A DNA stretch of 64,000 nucleotides from Phoronis australis (Eukaryota; Animalia; Phoronida), in assembly GCA_002633005.1 (NCBI GenBank), contig NMRA01000094.1, positions 932,034-996,033 of the forward strand. Reading direction: 5' to 3'. Position numbers and translations under genes: made by a program. This document shows, one piece after another, positions 38,519 to 51,119 of this stretch. The stretch's first letter is position 1. Each line of letters starts with the position of its first letter. The notes below the pieces were generated by a model that saw only the letters and a list, made by a program, of their open reading frames with translations, made no database searches and was not told the DNA's origin.

Positions 38519-39466
38519 CAGGCAGATTTTGGGGGGGGGGCCCAGGGGGCCCGCCCCCCTCCCCTTGGCTGCCGCAAATAAATAAAACAGCAAGAACGTA
38601 GGGAAATGTTGAGTTTATTAATTAACCCCGGTAATTAACATTATACGGCGGAAACAAGATTTAAATGTGTGCAGTTTTAGTGTGTTTGGGGGGGGCTCAG
38701 ATCCAATTTCAAGTGTCAAATTCGGAACGAAACTATGGCTAAGTATAGGCTCTCCCACGATATCCCAGGCGACCGGCAGTGGCGCTGCGCACTACGACTC
38801 CGTTTCCATCGTCTGCTTCACTGTGCAATGAAGAAAACTACTTCATTTTTTAAAAGAAAATAGAATCTGAGTGATGATGAAAAAACAAAAGCTGCTGGTA
38901 AGATGTCAATTTTAATCGAAACCTTAGTGAATCACTCAGAAACTCATAATTCTCTCTTTGTCAAACCTTAACTTAAGACGATTTCCAAAGCAATCGCGTC
39001 ATTAATGCCAACACAAAAAACGGATTTGGTCTTTTGGGCAATTGAAGACTATTTTAAATACAACAAATTTGTTGCGAACTGATTGCACAAACATAAAAAG
39101 TGTAATAATAATTACAAAAAGAAGTAGGTTTCGCACGCAAACGCTGTGGACCATAAACAACTAGATCTCTTATTATCAAGAACATGAGTGAAGTCGTGGT
39201 GGTGCATTGGTAAAGCACGCGCGCACTAACCGTCAAGTCGTGCGTTCGAGTCTGTGATCATTGCCGGTTTTCATGTTTGACACGTGCTGTTTTTTTTCTT
39301 TTTCTTTGCCTTTTTCTTGGATAATACTTCAAGAATCAAGGAAAATGCTTGATTTTTAGAGGAAAAACAGAAAAATTTTCCTGCTATGCGCATCGAATCA
39401 TGCTTTGCACAAATGTTTTCGGACAAAGTGTTGGGCCCCCCTTGTGATATCCTAGATCCGCCACTG
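38519..39466. mobile_element. hAT-like non-autonomous element with G-rich termini
   Basis: Left end CA-GGCAGATTT...ggggcccagggggcccg, right end agatccgccactg, flanked by TGAAACA on both sides (38512-38518, 39467-39473). It contains a tRNA-like A/B-box stretch at about 39192-39255. Confidence 0.55.
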
Positions 39467-39540
39467 TGAAACAACACTATAATTCTATGTGAGCTTATTG
39501 TTTGGAGCTATTTTGCAACCTTATCCCCTCTCCCTAAACT

Positions 39541-40270
39541 TCCTAGATCCAGCCCATCTCTACTGATCACTTACTCTGTATGCCAGTGATGGTAACCCTC
39601 TGACACCTCCTGGATCCAACCCATCTCCACTACTCACTTACTCTGTATGCCAGTGATGGTAACCCTCTGAAACCTCCAAGACCCACCCCATCTCCACTAC
39701 TCACTTACCCTGTATGCCAGTGATTGTGACCCCTTCACACCTCCTAGACCCACCCCATCTCCACTATTCACTTGCTCTGTATGCCAGTGATGGTAACCCT
39801 CTGAAACCTCCTGGATCCAACCCATCTCCACTACTCACTTACCCTGTATGCCAGTGATTGTGACCCCTTCACACCTCCTAGATCCAGCCCATCTCTGCTA
39901 CTCACTTGCTGTGTCTACCAGTGATGGCAAACCCCTCACACACCCTGCATCAAACTCTTCTCTATTTCTCACTTGCTTTGTATGCAAGTGATGGTAACCC
40001 CCTTACAAACCCTGGATCGAGTCCATCTCTATTACTCACTTTCTCCATCTGGTGGTGATGGTAACACCTCCATATACACCAGGACCCAGGTCTTCACTAA
40101 TATTTCCTTTTTCTGTCTGCCAGTGATGGTAGCCCCGCCCACTTACACCCATGGGATCCAGACCCTCTCTGCTACCCACTTTGTTCATCTGCCACGGGTG
40201 GTAACCTACATACATCCCCTGTATCCAACCCCTCTCTACTACTCACTTTCTCTGCTTCATGATGCTGGTT
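39541..40270 (-). repeat. Diverged minisatellite of about 67 bp, about 11 copies, derived from a TMTC2 exon end plus donor
   Basis: Unit (+) ggatccaacccatctccactactcacttactctgtatgccagtgatggtaaccctctgacacctcct. The terminal unit overlaps the true donor (ctactcactttctctg, 40238-40254). Confidence 0.85.
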
Positions 40271-40308
40271 CAGAACACCCAGAACAATACCAAGGTTGAG
40301 GTGTGCCA
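40247..40308 (-). CDS. TMTC2: TMTC2 exon
   Basis: (L)AHLNLGIVLGVLNQHHEAEK; acceptor ttatttcAG, donor GTGAGT. Confidence 0.88.
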
Positions 40309-40611
40309 CTGAAATAATGAATGTATTAAGTGCTTAGAGGGAAGCCAAAGCAGTCTAGACTTTCAAGTGAAACAAATCCAAAGTAAACAGACAAAAAACA
40401 AACATGTCTACATTGAATAATCTCAGACTTGTTTATTTTGCTAGTTCAACAGACAGTGTGATGAAATATTACACACAAGTACAGTGTACTCAACTGGTTT
40501 CATCCTGCAAGAAAGCAATGAATTAAAATGGATGCAAAAATGAGACTGGATTATGTTCAGTTTGAGTTGAGTTAATCAATGGAATAAAGAAGTATACAAG
40601 TTAATGCTCAC

Positions 40612-40697
40612 AAGTTAATCTTGGTCGACACTGGATTGCTAATTTATAGCTCTCAATGGCCTCTTTATATCTTTTCTGGTCTTGCAGCAGAATACCC
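40612..40697 (-). CDS. TMTC2: TMTC2 exon
   Basis: (L)GILLQDQKRYKEAIESYKLAIQCRPRLT; acceptor cctgcAG, donor GTGAGC. Confidence 0.92.
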
Positions 40698-41317
40698 CTG
40701 CAGGAAAATGCAATCATAGAATTGAAATGACAGGATTACTTAAAATTAAAAAATCCCAGGGTCTCTACAAAACGAGAATTGACAAGAGATCAGACTACTA
40801 CTTGTGTTTACATTGAATAATTAGCAGTGACAAGATCGTCTATCCTTCAAGAACTGATAGTCAGCTCAAATATCCCCTTAGTAATTTATAAAGGACTTAT
40901 GACTCCACCCACATGATTCAGGTTTTGACGAGGCGTAGAAAGATTAAGAAACTGTCACTGTCGCTCTACCTTATCCAGTGATGTTATCTAGCCAGCAAAG
41001 AGCTTTAAAACATCAAAGGAATATCTGGGTACAGGGTCTAATCTTCAAACTAACACTCAAGATTCAAAACTTAACTAATCATTTCGTATGATTCAAGTAC
41101 ACATTTTCAACTTTACTCGAAGCATGCCATTTTCGAGTCCAGTTTTGAGTACAGAGACTAGACGCTGCGCCCAGTTCTTCAGTGCACTTGCCTAGTTAAC
41201 TGAATCGACTTCACACATTGACCAATTATACAACAGTTACTGTAGTTGTGAAAATTCAATAACTCACAACAGGGAACCAACAATAATACTGGTGGAAAGT
41301 TTTCAAGTGCTACATAC

Positions 41318-41432
41318 AAATTATAGTGTACATCAGCCATGTTGCCGCGGTGACGAAGAGCAGATTTGTAAGCGTTCTCAGCTTCCTTCACTCTGCCTTG
41401 ATTATTGAATATGTTGGCAAGGTTTCCCCAAG
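41318..41432 (-). CDS. TMTC2: TMTC2 exon (first TPR)
   Basis: AWGNLANIFNNQGRVKEAENAYKSALRHRGNMADVHYNL; AG/GTATGT boundaries. Confidence 0.94.
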
Positions 41433-42813
41433 CTGGAACATTTAATAAACAATTGATGCACAACTAACAAGAAATGTTCAACAGTACCAACAACAGCATC
41501 AAGAGAAGGCTACCATACTGTGTTTACAGTATAACGTTTGACAGGGACAACATCCTCACAAACTGGGCCAACAAGAAAATTTCTGACAGGATGTCACTCT
41601 GAGCATGCTCAAGTTCTTACGTTTATGGATCTGTGCGATTTTGGAATTTTTTGCGGGAATCACTAACGGGTGACAAGTAGACACTGCCGAGACAAGTACA
41701 CACACATACATAGTAGCACGGTGTCACTTTGTGCTGTGTCACAGAGTGTCATCTCACAGTCCTACAAAACAATATGTTATAGTAGAATGCCCAAAGTTAT
41801 GCGTGCTGTCCAAGTATGTGGCGTTCTTATTTCAAAAGTGTGGGAATCTATTGTAGGATAGGGTCCAATATTACAGGACAGGGTCCAGTATTGTAGGTCA
41901 GGGTCCAGTATTGAAGGACAGGGTCCAGAATTGTAGGACAGGGAAACTGGCTTCAACCACAACACAATGTCAAAATGAATTGACAAAGCACATACATGGG
42001 GACAGAGTTCAGGGAATTCCTCCCCCAAAATAAATGAACTCTTGGGAAAAAATATTTCTGCCTTTATTGTTGGTCGCACCTCAGCCTCATCTTAACAAAA
42101 ATTCCTTTTCCAACAAAAACCAAACAAATCTACCAGCAGTTCATTGAAACTGTAGTCAAACTATCAATGGAATGAACTGTCAACAAAAATCGTCTGGCTG
42201 AAACTATTAATGGTGACAGATAGCTAAGAGAGGGCCTTATCTACCAGGGCAATGTTAAAAGTCACAACTTGAAGAGATACAATTGAGATAAGGAAGTTAA
42301 TGTCATCATTTTCCTCTTCAACTTACTGTAGACAGCATAGAATAAACAAAGTAGACAGTCGGAGAGCCTTACCAGGGGGCCAATATTGTTTGCACTTACG
42401 CATACTAATTATTAGTGGTTAGTTACAATTAATAATAATGTCACCATACAAACACATATACAGTAACCCCCCATCCTTGATAAAGGTAAAATACCATTTC
42501 AGATTAAAAGTTTAATAGAAATTTTTCTAATTGTTTCATATTTTGACGAAATCTGAAATTACTGAGATTGCATACAGTTCAAAAAGCTCATTGATGACTT
42601 ATCTTGCTTCTACATTTCTGAAAAAAAACCCTTTTCCACACTTGCCATCAATTTCTATTATTTTGAAAAATATTTCGCAGAAAACAATGCTGAATGTATC
42701 TCGATTCAAGCATTTGCTTCTAAGAAAAAGCTTGTGTATAACTTATAAATTAGCTTGTGAAACAGTAACAGCGATTCTGATTTCAAACTCTCCAAAATGT
42801 TAATTGTAAATAC

Positions 42814-43645
42814 CTTTGGGAGGGTTGACTGTAATTCCCGCCGTGTAGAGGTTCTCTTCAGAAAACCAGTCATTATTCCTTTGCACCGTTTTTACGCAAA
42901 AGCAGATCAACAGCAATGCGACGACTCCATTGTAGAGTAATGTCTTATGAGCACGCACAGCTCGTCTGTGTAGTATCAGAGCACCTTGAGCGACCAATAA
43001 ACAAAGGCCCATACTTGGAATGTACAACACACGTTCCGCAACCACAAATCCCACGTAGAAGAAAATATTGGTTGCTGGTATAAATGGCAACACCATAAGA
43101 GAAGTAGATATAATCAGCACATCTGTAGAAAGGCATTTTTGGTTCAGTTGGCACGCTGTATCAGACGATACACTTGCTGCTTGAGTCAATGCTTTGTGAT
43201 AACTGAAATGGCCATTTCCATTTCTGTGATGATGATGATGAGATGGCTGCTTGTGCAAATGGCCGTTTGTAGGTTGAATGCGTGATGACCTGAGATCGAG
43301 ATTCAGCGATTGATTCAAAATTTTGGATGAAATAAAAGTTAATCCTACATAAAAGGCAAGTGTGAATATATTCCTGTGATCGACAAGTGATTCCAGAAGT
43401 GGTATTGCCTCCATTGACCAATCAAAGCTGAGAACTCTAGGGCAGAGCATCAACCAAAAGTTGACAACAGGCAGATACCAAAATGTAAGTGATCGTGTCA
43501 ACAGACTATCAGAGTCGGAGGCAGGGTTGTCAGCAGGAGCAAACTCTGGAGGTTTGTTACCCATAAAGTATAGTCTTGCAGCGACTAAAAAACATCCAAA
43601 CAGCGTAATGAAGAGAAGACCTTCACACATTCTTCGGTATTTAGT
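42814..43645 (-). CDS. TMTC2: TMTC2 large exon (DUF1736 region and TM helices)
   Basis: ARLYFMGNKPPEFAPADNPASDSDSLLTRSLTF...LSFDWSMEAIPLL...PFIPATNIFFYVGFVVAERVLYIPSMG...RNNDWFSEENLY...VNPPK. Confidence 0.97.
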
Positions 43646-44301
43646 CTGCAAAATAGAAATTGACAATGCTTTGTTCTTGTGCAACATTTTAAACCAACTC
43701 GTGCTTGCGACAGTAATTGCAAAGCCCACTATACCAAAGTACAAACAATTAAAGCAATTCTATAGGATTGACTTCAGTTAACATGTGGCCTCTTTACTGA
43801 ATAAGACTGACATATGAATTAAACAGGGCTGGTATACGCACATTGTACAAGTACAAAATATCCTCAACTCTTTGAATGAATTAACAAAAGTTTTCAAAAA
43901 CATTTGTCAAAACTATGGCAACAGAAACCCGACAAAAACTAAAAGTAAATCATTGCAATAAAAGGGAAAACTTTTAGCTTTAAAGTTTGACAATTTTCCA
44001 AAAGAAGAAATTCCTCTACCTCTTTGAAAATTACTGTTATTAAAAACCAAATCCATAAATTTGTTTGTTTCTATCATCACAAGTTTCCTATGAAATACTG
44101 ATACAGCATCAGTTAATTCAGAGACACCAGTGCAGCAAAATATCTAAATTAACAGGGGTTCTTAAATTTCTGATAACTGCAAAAAATGTAATGTTTCTAG
44201 ACCGAGACGTCCTAAATTGCTGCAAAAATTTTAAGGTTGGTACTAGATTGGTACAAAAATAAATGTTTCTAGACTGAGACTTGATACATTGCTACAAAAA
44301 T

Positions 44302-44703
44302 TACTGGGGTTTTCATAGAAACCCCATGGGCGTGTATTCGGAAAATAAAAAAATGTTCAGGGATTTCAGTAACACCAAATAAACGCCCGGACGTTTATTC
44401 AGAAAGGGCTGGCGTGTAAACGAAAAGTCATCGCATCAGCTCATACGAGAATATCAGCGATTTTTTGCATAAAACAGTTTGCCAACACTTTGTTTGTTTT
44501 CATCAATCATAAATGTTCCACAAAACTGAATTTTTGGCTAAGAGTTGACACTAAGTGGACTTTTAACAGGACATTTTTCAACAAAAGCCCCATTATCTGG
44601 ACACTTGACACCACAAGTTGCAACACCAAATAAATGTCCATGGGCGGTTCATCCCAGTTGGGCTTATCTACTTGGTTGGGCTTAACAACAGAAAATCACA
44701 GTA
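44302..44703. mobile_element. TA-flanked MITE (Tc1/mariner-pogo-like) inserted in a degenerate satellite
   Basis: Left tactggggttttc versus right gaaaatcacagta. The surrounding atgtttctagactgagac...attgctgcaaaa repeats (about 44190-45000) continue on both sides. Confidence 0.5.
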
Positions 44704-45204
44704 AATGTTTCTAGGCCCAGACTTGATGCATTGCTGTAAAAGTAAAATGTTTCTAGAATGAGACCTGGCACATTGCTGCAGAAGTTAAATTTTTCTAGGC
44801 TGAGACTTGCTAAATTGCTGTAAAAGTTGAATGTTTCTAGGCTGAGGCATGATATATTGCAGCAAAAGTGAAAAATTTCTACTCTGAGACTTGATAAATT
44901 GCCGTAAATTCAAAGTACTGGCACTTGCAAATTATACTGAGAGTTGATAGGTTGCTGCAAAATTTAAATATTTCTAGACTGAGACATGGTACAATGCCAC
45001 AAAAAACATGCTAACAATAAGGTATTATCAAAGAATGACTATAACGCCATACCAAGGTCTATAATGCCATATTAAGGTCTAAACTCTGAAACTGAGGAAT
45101 CTTTACTGCAACCCTAGGGGACAAATTGGTGTCATAAATAAGACAATCTATCGTTGGTTGAAAAGACCTCCCACACACAAACAATGCACAGCAGATCTTA
45201 CCTA

Positions 45205-45745
45205 TAGAATCAGAAATTTTTTATGTATTATGTTAAATCTATGATTATGAAACTGAGTTTGTAGATTATGTTGAGTTTGTCCTACGTATTGGATAGAACA
45301 TTTTTTACAAGTTATAAGGTAAATAATATTGTTGGTGGTGCAATCAGAATAATGTTTTATTTCAAAGTTTTCATTGCTTTGGGAAGACTGGAAAAAAGTG
45401 CTATCGTTGATAAAGTTACACATTTTACACCTAGTTTTGTTACATTGCGTGTTGCCAACAGGTTTGTCAGTTTGGTGTATATTGTTGATATTAGCTTTAA
45501 CTAAATAATTTTTTAGATTTTTACATTTTCTCCAAGAAATTATAGGTGGATGAGGAAATAGGTTTTTCATTTGAGGGGAAATATGCAGCGTGGAAAGATG
45601 TTTTCTGAAGACGTGGCTAATTCCGTTTAAACATGGATTGAACATAGTTATGAATGGTATTCTATTAGTAGTATTGCCTTTAGTTTTAGTTCTTGAAGAT
45701 TCATTTCGTGTGATTGTGACATCCGAAAATTTCAGTTGATCCATT
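45205..45745 (-). mobile_element. Penelope-like retroelement fragment (GIY-YIG endonuclease with Cys-rich linker)
   Basis: IPFITMFNP...LFPHPPIISWRKCKNLKNYLV...CNKTRCKMC...CTTNNIIYLITCKKCSIQYVGQT...HNHRFNI, a typical PLE GIY-YIG region; reverse transcriptase is absent. Confidence 0.9.
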
Positions 45746-47681
45746 CTTGTTTTATTTACCTATTTATTTCTTTTATCTAGAAATTTGCGTCAATAACACT
45801 AACACCAAAAACACTGCACAATTCTTAAGAACGTGAGAACAGACATGTACAATATAATTTGAGCTCTGCTATGCCAAGTTCTTAATAAAGAGGCGATTCA
45901 AATAATTGGTCTCCAATAGGCTTCCATTACATGCGGCTTGTTTTCTGAAATCACATGTTCAAACAGAGTCAAAAGTTTTGTGATGTCACAACTAGACATC
46001 AATCTATTGAGTTCACCTCAAAGATAAACAATTCAACTGTAAATCCAGCCAGATATTTCACCTCCCAGACTAACTTCAAAAAAGAAAGGGACAGTTGAGA
46101 CCACATGTTATCTAAGTCTATTCTTTAGCAATGTAGTGCAAATAAACAGTTGGGTCCTTTCTTTGCAATCATGTCACTTTTGACACCTGATGGCATAGGT
46201 GTAATATAATCTGGCTTCACATTCCACCAGCATTATGACTACACAGCTTGTTGGTGGCTTTATGCCAACAGTGGGTGGCCAAAGTGAGACAACACTGTTT
46301 TCACACCTTGAAAATACAGCTTTATTTAGAGTCTAGAGGGCCTGGATATGCCCAATCAATTGTACCACATGGTCTCTCAGTTATGCAGGAGAATCCAACA
46401 GATCAAAGAGTCAAGCCACTGAGCCACTTTTTAACTAACCACAAAGCTGTTTTAGAAAGTAATTGGTTTTCAATGAGAGGAAAATAAACATGATCAATTG
46501 TTGTAGAGTTGCACCAAGTTAGACAACAAAACGTAAAAGGTGGCCGTTAGCTTTATAACACCTGTCAGGGATGTCCTTCAGGGCTGACTGCACAAAAATA
46601 AATAACTATTCATTAATGTCTTGAGAACAGGATTTTGAGTCGCATTCTTCGCATTCGGGTTCTAGTTTTAGACTAGGTATCAGGTGATTAAGCCAGTGAT
46701 ATTTTATTGAAAGGAAAACTTACAGGTATCACAGAAGTTCCCCTTTACATTTCTTTCCATTTATTTGTATTTTAATTTATTCACAACCAGTGGTTAACTT
46801 GAGATTGCAAACAGCTTTCATTCGCACACAGCCAGCCTACCCTAGAACAACTTGCACTAGTGCAACTTACCCCACTTATGAGTAGAGTGTTCACACACAC
46901 ATCCGATAACTAGGGTAAGGTGGAAGCTGCTGCACTGTGCATGACAATGGACGGCTGATGTGAATATGGCACACAAAAATAGACCTGTCTATTATGTAAC
47001 CACCGCAGCTGACAATTACATCCGCATTTCCCCACTTTTGCAGCCACAAAACATTACAAGTGGTGCCTGTTACCCTAGAACAAGTTACCTCACCTCCATA
47101 AGGTGGAGTAAGTTGTCACAAGTTGGGCAATTTAAACTAATTTAAATAGCGTTCACACAGCCCTCAAACCTAGCAACTCGTTCCAAAGGCAACTTGTTCC
47201 AGTTTAGGTCTGTATGTGGATGGCACTTCAGAAGTACAACACTGATTCACTTGATTAAAACTCAGACATGTTAAATTGATACCATACTTGTCTGAGTTAC
47301 TGCTCAAGGCACTTAAATTGAGAATTGGGAACTCAAAAATAAAGGTTGAATGTTAACCTGAGCATCAGCGCCAAAATGAAATTTCTAAGAAATCAGGAGT
47401 GGGTTCTTCTTTACCCAAATGGTCAATCGGTTTACTGCCCAGAGCTAGATTGATGTTGGACATCATGTGCAAGAGGCGAAGAAAATATTGGTGCATTGTG
47501 AACAGTGCAGGAAGGCAGAGTCTAGAATGGAGTGATCACACACACAGTACAGTGACATAGCTTTTTACACAGCGTATCTTTCCGATGCAAGTATTTCACA
47601 CATATTGAGTGTGCCACGTGATGCATACGCAACTGGTTATACCATTCTTGAAACATGACCATGATATCATTAGAATGAATT

Positions 47682-47845
47682 CAGTGGCGGATTTAGAGGG
47701 GGGCCAAGGGGGCCATGCCCCCCCCCCCCTAAAATTCTCCCAGATTCCATTTGGCAATTCCTGAGAGCGAATGTCTGACCGGCAAAATCCTGGCTAATAC
47801 ACTGCCTTGGCCTCCCCTCACTCAAAATCCTGGATCCCCCCTGGT
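47682..47845 (+). mobile_element. Short hAT-like MITE, copy 2
   Basis: cagtggcggattt...ggatccccCCTG inverted ends; homologous to 9875-10033. Confidence 0.6.
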
Positions 47846-49428
47846 ATTAAGTCAAAAGTTCCATTTAATGTCCCCTTCAGTAAAGAGCACGAGAGTTTGT
47901 GTATTGTCCAGTCTGAATAAGGCAACATCTCACCTAAAGTGAATGATTGTTAGTAAAAAAGTGAGCTACATACCTTTTGGGAACTAAAACTTGGCATTTT
48001 TACGTAAGTCTGTGTTGTATAAATGGGAGGTGGGCAGTAAACCACGCATGATTGTCAACATTGACGAGTATGGTAATACAGTTTCAGGAAATAGCTTGGA
48101 AAATCAAAAAAAGTTTGTAATTGTGATTTATACATGATTTATCTGTAGCAGTGAAAAGTTGGATTTCCACATCTGGTAAATGCAGTTTTGTAAATATAGA
48201 TCTACCAACATGTAGCATCTACATGTCCATCAAAACAAAAACCTTAAGACCCCTAACCCTTTCTCCAGTTTTCCATAGATGAAAAGCAAACAACATTACT
48301 TGACCACCTAGGTTTTCGTGGTAGATATTTGTTAAAGTGATACACTCACACAGACCCTGAAATGTGTAGGATCTAGCCATACAAACTAAAAACAAGTCTT
48401 GATGGAACTAAATTATCAAAAAGTACAAGATTTAATTGTTAGAATTACATGACAGAACAGCATGGAAAGGTGGTGTATAAGCTAGCAAGTTTTATTGATC
48501 AATTCTTCCATAATTGTTATAGAACTAGTTTTCAAACCATTACTCAGTAAATGGGGAAAGTCTAGACCATACTAGCTGCAGGCAATAATTCACACAGACT
48601 AGCCATGCCTTGCAATCAGGGCTTTGAAAGAAAACCATCCAAATCTTGCAAACACAAAGCTGCAATAGTTCATAGGCTGCAACATGGCCCAATTAAAGTT
48701 GAGATGTTTTATGACTGAGGAAAGTACCACAGCCCAGGGGTAGAGGCCTTATAAATATCTGGCAATTCACAGAAGACAAAATGTGTTCATATGAATTAAC
48801 AGCACTTATAACACTGGGGAGTGATACAAAAGCAATCTAAAATCATTACTGATAGTCCCATGAAACTCAGTTTACAAAGCATAACAGAAAATATTTCAAC
48901 AAGACAGGAAAACAATTTTCAACAACATCGCAGCGGATAATTTGTACGACACATATCAAAATGGAGAAAACGATGTCAGATAGAACTCAGACTAACATAT
49001 AATTTAGAAATACCACACACAGCCAATAAATAGTCATCAGTCTTCTGTGCTCATTTTTACAATAGAAAGACTGAAACTTGATTAAGAAGATACTGGTAGG
49101 TGCAATATTGTTGGGGACCAATAGGCATCTATCATAAAATGTGCACTTGAGCCTATTTCAGCAATAACAATGTTTTCAAGGTATATTGAAGGGCAGGGGC
49201 CGCAGTATAGCTGCTTTTACATGGGGAACAGTTGTCATGGCGCGAGTTATCACGGTGCTTACTTGCTCCACTTTAGTTGCATTTACAGCATAAATAATTT
49301 ACACGAAGACTGTCTGCGCATGCTTGCATAAACAATAGCGAACGTCCAAATTATGAGGAATGTCAGCGAACGTCCAAATTGTGAGGAATGTCAGCGGATC
49401 ACCCATATGTTAGTTGCTCCTGACAGCG

Positions 49429-49860
49429 GTCTTCCGTCGCACAATCACTCTGACCCCCCCCCTGTCTTCCGTCGCACAATCACTCTGATCCCCCCCTGTC
49501 TTCCACCGCACAATCACTCTGATCCNNNNNNNNNNNNNNNNNNNNNNNNNNNNNNNNNNNNNNNNNNNNNNNNNNNNNNNNNNNNNNNNNNNNNNNNNNN
49601 NNNNNNNNNNNNNNNNNNNNNNNNNNNNNNNNNNNNNNNNNNNNNNNNNNNNNNNNNNNNNNNNNNNNNNNNNNNNNNNNNNNNNNNNNNNNNNNNNNNN
49701 NNNNNNNNNNNNNNNNNNNNNNNNNNNNNNNNNNNNNNNNNNNNNNNNNNNNNNNNNNNNNNNNNNNNNNNNNNNNNNNNNNNNNNNNNNNNNNNNNNNN
49801 NNGCACAATCACTCTGACCCCCCCCCCTGTCTTCCGTTATACAATCAGTCTGATCCCCCC
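49429..49860. repeat. Minisatellite of about 37 bp spanning the assembly gap
   Basis: gtcttccgtcgcacaatcactctgacccccccct on both sides of the N run 49526-49802. Confidence 0.85.
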
Positions 49861-51119
49861 ATACATTCCGTGCTCTACTAACACCACTGTATAGTTAACT
49901 TAACATATCTTTGGGAGGCATGCAGCCGACACAGATCTAGAATTTTTCCAAAACTGATACATTAATTATTAGTAGACTGTGACCACCATAACCAATAGCT
50001 GAATATTGAATGCCATGACGTACAAAGGCACAACAAGATATATTGTAAAGAAGTCCCTTTGGCTACTCTTAATACAGACATGAAGAATAATCAGACAATT
50101 GACTTAGACACCTATCTGATGTTTAAATAAACATTAAAATCAGTAACAGAGTGTAATGCCTATTTTATAGACTCTAAACACAGAAATTGTGTCACTTACT
50201 GAACACTTGCCAGGAGGATCGGTAACGACAAAAGTGGGAATGTAATTAAATTCCATCTCTTAACAATTGGTTGTATCGTGAGTTTTTAATAAAAAGGACA
50301 TACTATGCAAGTAATGTAGGAAATGAAAATTGTACAACTCAGGAAACTACTTCAATTTTGAACCAAGTGAATTGCCAGATTTGTCACTTTTATTTTTACC
50401 TTTTCAAATACATTTCAACAAATTACAAATGTAACCACTTGTTATGCAATGGATATCCCGAAGCGGCAAATCTCTACTTATTCTGCAAAAAAACAAATTA
50501 AAATTAAATATGTTATCCTAGTTGTGGTGTGCTAAGTATACCGAATACACAGACTAGGTACTAGTTGATCATGCCAAGAATTGTATATGACACTTGGCTT
50601 ACCTCAAAATCCAACTGCTGCCTGGTGGTTTGGTAATTGGCCCAAATATGTTGCACACCCAGCAGAATTAATGAGAAACATATTATTGCAACATTAAACA
50701 AACGTTTTAGTTTGTATAAGCCACGTTACTTACAAGATTTGTAAAATTCAAAAACCTAATCATGTGTGCCTTCCACGAATATTCAAATATGCCATTTACA
50801 AACTTTCAAAACGAAAATTTAAAAATACTATTGTCACCCCCAATGTGTTTATGGTGGTCTCATTATCTAGAGGATAACATCAGCAGCCTGACTACAACAG
50901 CATGGTGTCTTTGATCTGAACCGGCAGATTATGAGGTACATAAACCTGTTGAGTTGCCCAATCTCGACCAGTTAGGATCTCAACGTACTATTCTTTTCAT
51001 GATTTACATACGACTGCCATCATTTTCAGGCTATATTTTGTTACGTTTATATTTTGGTCGTTATGCTACCAAATTAAACGCAGGAAATACGCAAACCCTT
51101 GGCAGGAAAAAATGTAAAT

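Noticed and set aside
49353-49817. Long ORFs containing X runs
   Set aside because: They span the assembly gap.
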